A stretch of DNA of 64,000 bases from Lama glama (GCA_028534125.1 CM052816.1:10914001-10978000), one strand, 5' to 3'; numbered from the stretch's first letter, positions 37,804 to 49,879 are shown. Numbers and translations are program-made. Notes: generated from the sequence alone by a model not told the origin.

Positions 37804-40800
37804 GACCCAAGCAAGGGTCACTGAAAGACAACTTAGATGCCAGCCTTAGAATCCAATGCCCCTCTAGGATACAACCATATTTCCTCCCACCCTGTCCTCT
37901 CTCTCTCTTTCTCTGATGCTTTTTACATGGCTACAATGAAACCGTATATATTTTATAGCTAACTTACCTCACCTAAAATTATACTTGTATATAATAAACA
38001 TAGAAAATATCTTTTCTTTTTCCACTGAAAACACTACAACTTCATTAAAAGGAAATGTGGAAATCGAATGGATAATTGAAAAGAAAAAGAAACTCATAAG
38101 CTCACCCAGATGGAACTCTCACTAGCATTTGGTACTTTTGCTTTTTAGGCCATCAGTTTCAGAATGTAAGTTCTAAATGACATTTTGATCACACTATAGA
38201 TACAATTTTTCTTACAAGTTTTTTTTAACAGACTTGGAATTCTATTGCACAGTTTAATGAAATAGATCGGAACTTAGTCGTTTCCCTATTTCTGTATTTG
38301 TAGGTTGTTGTCAATCGTTTTCTTTGATAACGTTGCAACAGACATCTTTTTTGTAGAAAGCTTTTTCCAAACTGGGATGAAGGAAATGACTTTTGAATGG
38401 TCCCCATGCTACCCCTTAGCATCCTGCCATCACCCTCTCCATTCCCTAACCCCACTGCTGATGTAATTTATGGCTCTGGCTTCTTATTTGTTTGAAGCTG
38501 ATCCCTGAAGGAGTGACCTCCCAGTGTCTTCAATTATTATTTTAAATGATGCCTTAGGCTGCTGCCTGGCACAGCGGTGCCCTCACCTTCCCGCCTTCTG
38601 CATTCCAAGCATGGAGCTCAGCTGCCAAACTGGCTGTGCCCCCTCCTGTCCTCAGCGCTGCCTCCAGAGTCCCAGCAGAGAGGCAGATTAACCCCTTTTG
38701 TTAGCAGAGGTAATTTGCCTGGGTTCAGCATTAATAAGGAATGCCGTAAGCCATTGAGGTCAGGATGAACAGATCTGTCAAGCCCCAGGGTTAATTTAAT
38801 AGCAATCTGTTGGCTGTCTGCCTTGTATATTAGCCGTGAATGCTGTGCTCTGTTTTGCTTTTGCCATTTAGTTCTTTGGGACAACGGGGAAATCATTTGG
38901 CTAGAGAGCTCTAAAGGATAGGGAAGAGAAAATTGACTGTCAAAATGCATCATTCCATTTTCAAGATAATACAGGGAGCCAGGCATCGCTCAGCTCCTTT
39001 CTCCTTCCCTCCCAATGTGAAGGGCAAAACCAATACCCTGGAGGCGTGTAACTCCCTTTAGAACAGCGTGAGGAGGAAGGCTGAGTTTCTAGATGATGCA
39101 GATGTGAGATATGCTCTCCTGCCATTCCCCATAGCCATTGCATTTTTGGACACTAGACTCCTTCTCGCACAGGTTTCTGGAATTCAGAAGATCTGCCATC
39201 AGTTAACAATTCAAAAAATCCCTTATCATGTTTTTGTCCCAACATGTGGTTCAAAAAAAAAAAAAATCATCACATCAGAGGACACAAAAATCCTAGGTCA
39301 GATGCTGTGTCCAAGTTCTGGTTTTGAAAAATGTAGCCCCCACAGTGCTGGGTGAATTGAGAGAGAGAGCACAGGCCCAAAGCTGAAGAACTCCCTCTAA
39401 GATAAGGCTGGCTCGGTGAGGGCCATTCAAAAACAAACAAACAGACTAAACTAAACAGGGAGATGCTTGAGGGCGAGGGGTGATGGGCAGGCTTCGAGGT
39501 CCAGGGTGGGCGGGAGGGCGGGAGGCAGGGAGGTCGGACCCAGGGGCAGCAGCCCTAAGCAGACCCAGTTCTGGGTGGAGTTCTTGATGGTGGGGGCTGT
39601 TCCTGGTTTCCTCTGTATGTTTAAGCACTTTATTTTCACATAGTCTAACTTTTGGGCTTTATTTTTAGGTGAGAGAAAAATAGCCGTAGATGTGGCACCT
39701 CCCCCTCCCACACAGCCCCGATCCCTTCCAGTTAAGCGTGTTTTCAGAGCTGTACTGGTGGAGGTTGAGAAAGCCGACACCAGATTTTCTTTCCCTATTT
39801 TGGGAGAAGAGAAACATGCTCCCTGGCACGGCAGGGTATGAAGGCTCTTTCTGGAGGGTGATGAAATCTGACAGCAGCGAAACACTAACCTCAGCTTCTC
39901 CCACACTGTGTCGTGGCCGCAGAGCCCAGGGCGTGGGTCAGGGGGGTGGGGAGGATGTCAGAGCCGCAGCTTGGGGCCGCCGCCCATGGGGCACGGGCTC
40001 CTGCTCCACAGACTGTGGTGCAGACTGCAGTATTATTTCTAACTCTGGTAGCAGTTGACTTGAAAGGTAGTATTTTGTGACTCTAGGGGACCTGCGTGCT
40101 CTAGAGACCCAAGTAATGTTTGCATCTGGGTTTGGTGAGGGGAACTGTAGTAAACTGTAATGTAGTTCAGTCTCGAGCTAATGTTAGAAAAAAACCCAAC
40201 AGGATTTATAAGAGATAATTGAAAGGGAGAGAGGAACAACCAAATACAAAGTCATTATTGCATCAAATTGTGTGCTGGAGCATGGGTGATGTTTAATAAT
40301 AGATGACTACTTTGTTAGTGCCAGTGTAACTAAAAATATCAGTGCACTTACTCATACCTCATCTAAACTCTAGGAGGGGACGAGGCAACCAGCTTCATGG
40401 AAAGCATTAAAGACTGTTATCCATCCCGGTCTAATAGCATAGTCTGTGTCAGGTTACTACTTGTTGATTCAGCGCAGTGCTTTCCAAAATGCGATACATA
40501 AACTCCTGCCACAGGGTTCCTTTTAATTGTTAAATGCATTGATTTCGTGTATATTATTTAAAATGTAACTAGCTCATTAAACCCATGATTTTATGAGTAT
40601 TGGATTACTGCTTAGACAAGGCTAAGTTGAAAAAAAAAGGTTTAAGTTGATCTGTAGGAAAAAATATTAAGTGAAAAATGCTACCTGGTGATACACGGGT
40701 GGGGCAAAATCACAAATGTGGCTCAAAAGTGAGCATAATTTTGGTCCACAACATCCACATCACAAGGCCTGTTCCTTTGCAGGAAGGCACTGGGTCCTCA

Positions 40801-41011
40801 GCCCTAGCCAGCTGCCTTCCAACCTGCACCCAGGTCCCCCGAGCCCTCAGTAGGGATGTAAAGTGACCAGCACAGACTCAGTCCCTCAGGCCTGCAGACA
40901 CCTGACTGAACACATTTGTTTCCACTGAGTCACCTCCATAAGTGAAAGGGCAAATGTTTCATGTTAACACACATGGATGTGGTCTTTAAAAATAGCGCTA
41001 TAATCATTCTT

Positions 41012-41272
41012 TTTTTTTAAGTATGAATTTTTTTTACTGCAATATGTTTTATTTTTATTTTTTAACATTTTTGTTGAGTTATAGTCAGTTTACAATGTTG
41101 TGTCAAATTCCAGTGTAAAGCACAATTTTTCAGTTATACATGAACATACATATATTCATTGTCACATTTTTTTTCGCTGTGAGCTACCACAAGATAGTGT
41201 ATATATTTCCCTGTGCTATACAGTATGAACTTGTTTATGTATTCTGCATATGCCTGTCAGTATCTACAAATT
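41012..41272 (-). mobile_element. Young 5'-truncated L1 3'UTR with TSD
   Basis: T-rich tail, then ttgagttatagtcagtttacaatgttgtgtcaaattcc. TSD tataat(c/t)attctt at 40999-41011 and 41273-41285. Confidence 0.88.
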
Positions 41273-42158
41273 TATAATTATTCTTGATCAGAAAAGAAAA
41301 TACTGAGGAGAGAAAAAAATGATAAAACTAACAGTATATTCCATGGGAGGCGAAAACTGTCCCACCACACAACTGGACAGCTTCTTTCTGATACTTAAAC
41401 TCCCACACGAGCTCTAAAGCAAATCACAACTTATGGAGACTTGAGGGTCCTATATATCTTCAATAAGAGAAATTTTGCATAATTACTAAAGAGTACAAAT
41501 CTTGCAACTAGGATAAAACCCTAAGACTGCCACTCTTTAGCCATGTGACTTGAGGCAACGTACATACTCTGAGTCTCTGTTTCCACCCTTGAAAAAATAA
41601 GGACGAGGAAGGTGCTGATTATAGAGCTGTTAGAAGGATTACATGATGTGCTTTGCGCAGTGTTGACCTGTAGTCAGTAAATGGTAGCAGCTGTTATTGT
41701 CATTATCATCAACATATTATTTCAAAAGCTCTAAGGGATTTCATGGAAGAAGATTTACAGTCTGTCACAGATATCACTTCTCAGCCCAGGAGTCTGGGTG
41801 AAGATTCAAATATATTGAATTATTCAGTTGGCATGGAACTAGTTTCTTAATCATTATTAGAAAATGAGAAATGAAAGTCTTTGCAACTTGGCCCATTGTA
41901 GCATGATGACATAAGCAGGTAACTTTGATATGAATGGGACATCTATGGGTTATGGGGGATGAAATCCTGATGAGGGGCAAGGGAGACCTGAGCTCTAGTG
42001 CGGCCTTTGGTAACCCTGGACCTCCTCTGCCTGGGACCAGTAATACCTGCCTGTTCATTCATAGAGTTATTGTAAGTGTGCACTAAAATAAGGTGGCAAT
42101 GGTACATCACCCCCGAGGTCCCCTTCTCCTGGTCCCCTCCTTGACTCGTCTGTGCCAG

Positions 42159-42323
42159 ATATCGTTGACATCAAGCCAGCCAACATGGAGGAGCTCACAG
42201 AGGTAATCACGGCGGCTGAGTTCCACCCCCATCACTGCAACACCTTCGTGTACAGCAGCAGCAAAGGGACAATCCGGCTGTGCGACATGCGGGCGTCGGC
42301 CCTGTGTGACAGGCACACCAAAT
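42159..42323 (+). CDS. PPP2R2B: Next internal coding exon (165 nt, phase 1 to 1) of B55-beta
   Basis: Continues in frame from the previous exon: (N)[54 protein letters not shown]. Acceptor tgtgccAG ends at 42158; donor GTGAGT starts at 42324. Not listed in the ORF track. Confidence 0.97.
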
Positions 42324-42849
42324 GTGAGTAGCCAGCAGCCCAGGGCTGCCGGGGGTGGCTGGGTCTCGGCCCCAACATGTGGGAGGAGAAGGGGGAGAGC
42401 CAGGGCTTGGGGGTGATCTCTGTTCCTGCGCCCGACATGCCGGCAGTAAAGACACTACACATGTGGGGCTGACTCAGGAGTCAGCGCTCTATTTGGCGTT
42501 TCAGTAAGGATATAACCTCATGTCTAAGTCCACAAACATTTGCTTCAGGCTGTGTAGTTCAGAGATGAATAAGGCATGAGCCCGGTCACTTAACCTTGTG
42601 ACATGATCTGAATTATGTTTTGAGGTTCCGCGTGCTGCTGTGGGCAGAATGAACCTGCGGAGAGGAAGGGGGAGCAGTTAGGGGATGGTTGTGCCATGCA
42701 GGCAGGGAGTGAGGGTGAGCAGGTCAAGGGCAGGGCATGGAAATGGGGAGGAGTGAATGGGTTCGGGACAGACCTTGGCAGTGGAGTTAACCGGACTTGC
42801 TGGACTGTGGGAGGCTGAGAATTTACGAGGACTCAAGAGCAGCTGGGGG

Positions 42850-43074
42850 TGGTGGTTCAGTTAATACTGTGGTGTGTACTTGAAAGTTGTTAAAAAGAAA
42901 GCTGTTCCTCTTAATTAAAAGTTCTCAGACCAAGGGAAAAGGAAATTGTAACTGCGTGGTGGTGGGTACTCATTAAACTTGTGATTAGTTTGCAACATAT
43001 ACATACAGCAAATCATGATGTTGTACACCAGAAACTAATACCATGTTATATGTCAACTATCCTCAATTTTTAGA
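42850..43074 (+). mobile_element. Truncated L1 (L1MA-like) 3' end with perfect 15-bp TSD
   Basis: tgttgtacaccagaaactaataccatgttatatgtcaactat. TSD aagagcagctggggg at 42835-42849 and 43075-43089. Confidence 0.88.
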
Positions 43075-43729
43075 AAGAGCAGCTGGGGGAAGGGGTCCGT
43101 GGCTTCTTGGAGAGGGTGAGGCTTTGGGGGAACCAGCACCCTCAAGGTCCCAGTGGTTCTAGTGGGCAGCAGGGAAGGGCTTCAGCGGGAGCAGATGGGA
43201 TAAAGTCCACCAGACTCACAGGCCCTGGGGTCTCACTGGAGTTTTCAGGGCACTGATGGAGCAAAGAAGCTCCAAAGGAGTCAGGGCTTGGAGGCCAAAG
43301 GCTAAGACGAATGGAAACGGGTGAAGCGAGAGTCACCTGGCAACAGCAGCAAGGGCTGCGACGGACAGGATGGGCCTGGAGCTGGCAGGGAGGTTTTCTG
43401 GAAACAAAATGCTCCCCAGAGTAACGGGGCCTGGAAGGCAGGGGTAATCTGTGTCGTGTCATGTCAGGCTGAATGATGTGCAGCTGCCAAGACGTTCAGG
43501 AGGGCCAAGAGCTGTGTTTGTCCGGCCACTCCCTTCTGCTGGGCACTATTTTGCCGCGACAGCTGGCGGTGGGGCGCCGGAGGTGAAGCCCTCTCTCTCC
43601 CTCAGGCCCTGTTTCAGTGTTAATTCCTGTGACACGATACGATGACTCCCTGCGTGGGCGTGAGGCCAGGAGAGGAGCGAGTATCTGGGCCCTGCGACCG
43701 TTGCCATTTGCTCGTTTGCCGTGAGAAGG

Positions 43730-43950
43730 ACTGCATGGAGGGGCTGGTATGTATGTAATCTGTGTGGATTCTAGAGTCCCACAGACCCAGGTCAAAGCCA
43801 GGCTTCGCCCCTTATTAGCTGTGTGACTTCGTCCAACTTGCCTTCACTTCTCTGCGCCTCAGTTCTCTCATGTCAGATGGGGAAGATGCTGACGTCTACC
43901 TCATGGGTGTGTCATGGGGCTTATGTGAGATAACTATCAAGAATTGTTAG
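43730..43950 (+). mobile_element. MIR SINE
   Basis: cttattagctgtgtgactt...ctctgcgcctcagttctctcatg...ctacctcatggg. Confidence 0.75.
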
Positions 43951-43969
43951 AGATGTTTTAGTGTTTTTT

Positions 43970-44121
43970 CACACTAAGTGTGTCTTTCACGTCCAGATTT
44001 CAATTCAGATGACCCACATTTCCAGTGCTAAGTCACCGTGGGTAGCCGTAGTTACCATGTTGGACAGGACTGATGTAAGAAATTTCTTTCCTCCAGAAGG
44101 TCCTATTGAAGAGTGCTGATC
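43970..44121. mobile_element. MER3-like hAT-Charlie element
   Basis: ccacatttccagtgct...gttaccatgttggacag...cagaaggtcctattgaagagtgctg. Confidence 0.7.
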
Positions 44122-44631
44122 TAGACTGGCAGCTCCTTGAGGGCACGGACTTACTGCTTTGTTCACTGTTGTTTCCCCAGTACCTAAAACAGTACCTGGC
44201 CCATGATAAATGCTTAATCAATATTTGCTGATGTGTGTGCTGGTATTGGCCTCTGAGCAGTGCTTACTTATACGCCAACAAGGGGAAATGGTCAAGGCAG
44301 AGGGATCAGCATGTGCAAAGGTGCTGGGGCATGAAAGGCCATAATGCTTTTGGAACTGCAGGGTGACTGATAACGGCTGGTATGTAGGAAATGACTCAAA
44401 GAAGGAAGAGTTGAAGTTCAGGAGGAATGCAGGAGCCTGTTATAATGGTCATGAAAATGGACTTGAATTTTCTCTCAAAGTCAGTGAACAGCCACTAAAG
44501 TAATCAGAGGACTAATATTATTTGAATTATGTTCTGGAGAAGTTGATTAGACTTAAGGCAGAAGGATGGGAGTTGGGTTCTGTCTGGGAGAACAAAGAGA
44601 CAGGAAACAGGTTGGGAAGAGCCTATCACGT

Positions 44632-44842
44632 ACAGAAGGATTTCTTAACAGCAGCGCTATGAATTTGGGGCATGCAATTCTTTGCTTGGTGGCTGACCTT
44701 TGCACTGTAGGATGTGTAGCAGTATCCCTGCCTCTACACAGCAGATGCAAGCAGCAAAGGCCGGTCGTGACAACCAAAAATGTCTCCAGACATTATGAAA
44801 TATCCCAGGGTGAAAGCTGCTCCCAGCTGAGAAGAACCACAG
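44632..44842. mobile_element. MER20 DNA transposon
   Basis: tgcactgtaggatgtgtagcagtatccctgcctctac...gtgacaaccaaaaatgtctccagacatt. Confidence 0.85.
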
Positions 44843-46061
44843 ATGTAGACTAAAATTCATGGTCAGTCCATCGGCCTGAATTTCTTGTATCTGTGATTTG
44901 TCCATTACTGTTAAGAACTCTGAGGGGTAGCATGGAGAGGTAAAGCATCTCTTACACTCAAGCAATTTCAAATTTGGCAGATGCAGCAAGGTATACCCAG
45001 GACACCCAAATGAGTGATGGAGACGATTAGGAGTTGGAACACTCGGAGGAAGGTAGGGCTTTTGAGGTAGACCTCACAGGGAATGCTGAGGCTGAGTGAT
45101 AGCGTTGAAGCACAAAAGGATTTGGCTAGGTGGGGAATGGAAGGGTGTTTTGGACCGTGCACACCAGAAAGGGCAAGAGCCTAAAGTTAATGAGCCATCG
45201 ATATGAAACCTTTAAAGAGTCTTAGCAAGATGTGTTGGGTGTGGGTAAAAGGGGAAATGGAAGAAATGAGGTCAAATAGGGATGATGGGTCATATCAAGT
45301 CAGTCCTGAAGGTCCGAGGCCAAAGTTGACCCCTTCATGTAGTCATTCATTCATTCATTCATTCAGTACCTGCTCTATACCCAGAGTCTGGCTCCTATGG
45401 TCACCAGTCTTTCTTGAAATTTTCCACCAAGTACAGCACTCCTAGAGCCAAGCTGTGAGCCTAGCTGTGGTGGAGGAAGGGCACGAGGGGGCATTCCAGC
45501 CTCTCTGATGTGCTCTGGACGGCCCAGCCTCTCAAAAGCTAAGCAACACATACCTGGCAGAGGTCCGAGACCTGAGGGGAGGGAGGTGCTGACCTCAGCA
45601 GATTTTCTTTCAAGTCTTACTTTTCCATCTTAATATTTCACCTGGATTTGGTATTTTATTCCCATAAAATGACTCCTTTCAGTTTAATAATTATGTTTCT
45701 ACCCATCCCCCAATTTCAAGCCAAATTGGTGTTTCCAAAAGATGCAGCCTTTGTGGCATCCTGTACCACCTGGTGCACCCCCATATCCTCCTCTTCCCTG
45801 ATCTCCAAGGATACGGGCATGTTCCCCAGTCTGAGAAGCACAGGTCCTAGTATGTGGAGAGCAATTGGAGATCATCTGTCTGGAGAACAGAGTTATAGAA
45901 TTTATGTTTTAGGGAAGATTAACACAGTGGTGGTAGGAAGAAACAAAGGAGAATTAGAATATTTTGCTTTAGTCTCAATATGATGGAAATTCATAACCTA
46001 GGTAAGGATAGTAGCTATTGAAATCTAAAGGAAGGGAAGGGAAAAGGGAACATTATCTTTT

Positions 46062-47992
46062 TTCTTTTTTTTTTTATTTAAACACTTTTATTGTAGTATT
46101 GTTCCTGTATGGTAAACTACATATATTTCAGATGTAAAATTGGATGAATTTTGATAGATCTATACACCCATGAAACCACCACCACAATCAAGATAGCTAA
46201 CATTTCCATCACTCCCCAAGAGGTGCAACTTTCCGATTCCCAGTTTATCCCTTCCCACTCCCTTTGCCCCCTGATAACCGTAAGTTTGTGCTCTATGTCT
46301 GTGAGTCTGTTTCTGTTTTATAGATAAGTTCATTTGTGTCCTTTTCTTTTATTTGATTATTTTATTTTGGCAGAGGGGGAGGTAAATTAGATTTATTTAT
46401 TTTTGGAGGAGGTACTGGGTATCAAACCCAGGACCTTGTGCATGCTAAGCATGCGCTCTACCACTTGAGCTATACCCTCCCCCCGTGTCCTTTTTTTTTT
46501 AGATTCCACATATAAGTGATATCATATGACATTTTTCTTTCTCTTTCTGGCTTACTTCACTTAGAATGACGATCTCTAGGTCCATCCATGTTGCAGCAAA
46601 TAGCATTATTTTATGCTTTTTTATGGCTATGTAGTATTCCATTGAACATATATACCATATCTCCTTTATTGAGTCATCTGTTGATGGATATGTGGGTTGT
46701 TTCCATGTCTTGGCTATGTAAATAGTGCTGCTATGAACATTGGGGTGCATGTGTCTTTTTGAATTATATTTTTCTCTGGATAAATGCCCAGGAGTGGGAT
46801 TGCTGGATCATATGGTAAGTCTATTATTAGTTTTTTAAGGAACCTTCGTACTGCCCTCCATAGTGGCTGCACCAGTTTACGTTCACCAACAGTATAGGAG
46901 GGTTCCTATTTCTCTACACCCTCTCTAGCATTTATAATTTGAAGACTTTAATGATGGCCATTCTGACTAGTGTGAGGTGATAGTTCATTGTAGTTTTGAT
47001 TTGCATTTCTCTAACAATTAGTGATGTTGAGCGTCTTTTCATGTGCTTGTTGGCCATCTGGATGTCTTCCTTGGAGAGATGTCTATTTAGGTCTTCTGCC
47101 CATTTTTTGATTGGGTTGCTTATTTTTTTGATATTAAGGTGTATGCGCCATTTGTATATTTTTGAAGTTAGTCCCTTGTCAGTCACATCATTTGCAAATA
47201 TTTTTTCTCATTCTGTAGAATGTCTTTTTGTTTTGTTGATGGTATCCTTAGCTGTGCAAAAGCTTTTAAGTTTAATTAAATCCCATTTATTTTTGTTTTT
47301 ATTTCCATTACTCCAGGAGCTGGTTCAAAAAATATATTGCTGTGATTTATGTCCAAGAGTGTTCTGCCTATGTTTTCCTCTAGGAGTTTTATAGTATCTG
47401 GTCTTACATTTAGGTCTTTAATCCATTTTGAGATTGTATATAACATTAGAGAATGTTCTAGTTTCAATCTTTTACAGGTAGCTGTCCAATTTTCCCAGCA
47501 CCGCTTATTGAAGAGACTGTCTTTTCTCCGTTGTATATTTTTGCCTCCTTTGTCACAGATTAATTGACCATAAGTGTGTGGGTTTATTTCTGGACTTTCT
47601 TTCCTGTTCCATTGATCTATATGTCTGTTTTTTGTGCCAGTGCCATACTGTTTTGATCACTGTACCTTTGTAGTATAGTCTGAAGTCAGGGAGCATGATT
47701 CCTCTAGCTCCATTCTTCTTTTTCAAGATTCTTTTGGCTATTCGAGGTCTTGTGTGTTTCCATACAAATTTTAACATTTTTTGTTCCAACTCTGAAAAAT
47801 GTCATTGGACTCTGATCAAGATTGCATTGAATCTGTATATTGCTTTGGGTAGTATGGCCATTTTAAGAATAAAATACCTAGGAATAAACCTACCCAAGGA
47901 GACAAAAGACCTGTACTCTGAAAACTAAGACACTAATGAAAGAAACTTAAGACAACATAAACAAATGGAAAAATATACCATGTTCTTAGATT
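46062..47992 (-). mobile_element. About 1.9-kb 5'-truncated, 5'-inverted L1 (decayed ORF2 RT C-terminus + 3'UTR)
   Basis: ORF-track fragments ([69 protein letters not shown]) are L1 ORF2. Segment 47865-47992 is in the opposite orientation (RIKYLGINLPKETKDLYSEN). TSD gggaacatt(a/t)tctttt at 46046-46061 and 47993-48008. Confidence 0.95.
46346..46484 (-). mobile_element. Camelid tRNA-Ala-derived SINE nested in the L1
   Basis: Reverse complement reads ggggagggtatagctcaagtggtagagcgcatgcttagcatgcacaaggtcctgggtttgatacccagtacctcc. TSD gtgtcctttt at 46336-46345 and 46485-46494. Confidence 0.93.
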
Positions 47993-48274
47993 GGGAACAT
48001 TTTCTTTTAAAATAACTGTGGGGATGTAAAGTGGTAGTAGAGACTGGCATTCATCACACATGGATATGTGTTGTTCAGTATCCTTCCCCTCCAGACGTAA
48101 ACTCTGTGAGGACAAGAACTTAGTCTCTTTTGCTCACATCATACTATGAAGGCCTGACATATAAGTAGGTGCTAAGTAAATATTTATTCAGTGTATAGAT
48201 TTATGCCTGAGGGTTGACATAAATGGCATGTGGAATGCGAACTGATAAGACACCATCCTGAAGGGGAGTGAGGG

Positions 48275-48797
48275 GCTGGGGGTCACTTTGGGACGTGCTG
48301 TCTGTGAGAAACCAGTAGGAGGTATATATCCCTGTTATATAGATACATCTTGTACATACGTTTGTGCACGTGTGTGTGTGTGTATCCATACATATGTATA
48401 TATATGAAAGCTGTGTTATAAGTATTTGTGCCATGCAATTATGGAAGCTGACAGGTCCCAAGATCTGCAGAAGGACTGTAAATAGTTTTAGTCCAAAGGC
48501 CAGCAGAAGAGCCAATGTTTCCACTGAAGTGTGAAGGCAGGAAAAAAAAATCGGTGCCTCCTCTCAAAGGAGTCAGGAAGGAGAATTCAGGTCAGCCTTT
48601 TTGTTCTCTTCATGCCTTCAACTGATTGGATAAGGCCCACCCACACTAGGGAGGACAGTCTGCTTTACTCCGACTCTTAATTTAAATGTTAAATTTATTC
48701 AAAACCCCCCTCCCAGAAATAACCGAGGATGATGTCTGACCAAATCCCTGGGCACCCTATGGCCCAGTCAGGTTGATACATAAGATGAACCGCTGCA
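48275..48797 (-). mobile_element. MLT2-type ERVL LTR
   Basis: ggtcccaagatctgcag...gccttcaactgattggataaggcccacccacact...ggcccagtcaggttgatacataagatgaacc. Confidence 0.8.
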
Positions 48798-49879
48798 CTC
48801 TCTGAGGAGGAAGGATGCATTGATCAGAGAATCACAGATGCACGTTGTGACTGTAAGAAGTAGAGTGAAATAGAGGCACATGGTGCTGGGAGGAGATGTG
48901 ACAAGGACCTTCCACCCCAAGGCAGTGACCAGAAAGCTCCTACCTAAAAGCTAAGAAGTTCCCTGGGGAAAATAGAGGGAAGAGTCATTGGGCACGCCCA
49001 CACCCAGGGCCCCCGGGGGCTGCTCCTCCCTCCTGCCTGGGTCCCACACAGCCCTGGAGAAGCAGAGCCCAGAGGACAGTCCCTCAGGAGGCCAGGAGCT
49101 AGCTGGCAGCCTGCAGACCTCTGCCCCAGCCCTGCCTCCTCACGCCCCATCCCGACCCCAGCCCCGCTCTGAACCACCAGCCGCCAGCCTCCTAATCTAA
49201 TTAAGAAGCGAACAAAATTCATTTTCCTGACTCGTCCAAAGTACCGACCTTCTTCAAGGCACATCTCCCTTTGTTTGACTGCTGGCAGCGGAGGCCCCTA
49301 GTTCCCACCAGCTAGGAAAACAAGTTCAATCTGACCTCGCGCCTGACACTTGATATTGATTTTCTCCATCCTCCTCAAACGCCAGCCTTCTGCCGACCAC
49401 AGTGCAACTGAGGTGTGCGAACGAAATTGAGACAGTTCATCAGAGTTCAAAATGAAAAGCAACATTGGCTTTCAGAGATGAGCGCTGAGAAGGAGGTTAT
49501 TTAATAACCGTCGGTGTTTAATCAAAATGCCGAGGAGATCCGTGTTATCAGAGCCGCATATATTAATTTGCATATGTCCCTCACTCTGCATACTCAGCAG
49601 GGGTTGGAAAGGATGATTCTCTTCCTCATCTCTCAATTTTTTTTTATATCGCTTCTGGCGGTAGTGACAAGGGTTGTGCTTGCCGTTTGAGATTCTAATG
49701 CCTGAAACAATAGGGTGCTGATGGCAGCAGCAATGGCTGGGCTGAATTGTGCTTTTCCCTTTGAATGCAAGTGTATTGGGAGTTGAGTGAAGAAACTGGC
49801 CAGGTGTGATGAATGACAGCCAAGGAAATGAGAAGGAAATGAAATCTGAATTCCTTTCTAGATTCCCCCAGGAATCTGG

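Larger units (their letters stand above)
29387..42158 (+). other. PPP2R2B: U12-type (minor spliceosome) GT-AG intron, 12,772 nt
   Basis: 5' splice site GTATCCTTT (29387-29395) matches the U11 consensus RTATCCTTT. Branch site CTCCTTGAC (42137-42145) matches the U12 consensus TTCCTTRAC, with the branch A 14 nt before the acceptor G. Confidence 0.93.

Noticed and set aside
46499..47928. ORF2-like ORFs as an active reverse transcriptase or novel retro-system
   Set aside because: These are frameshifted fragments of a 5'-truncated dead L1, with no ORF1, endonuclease or promoter.
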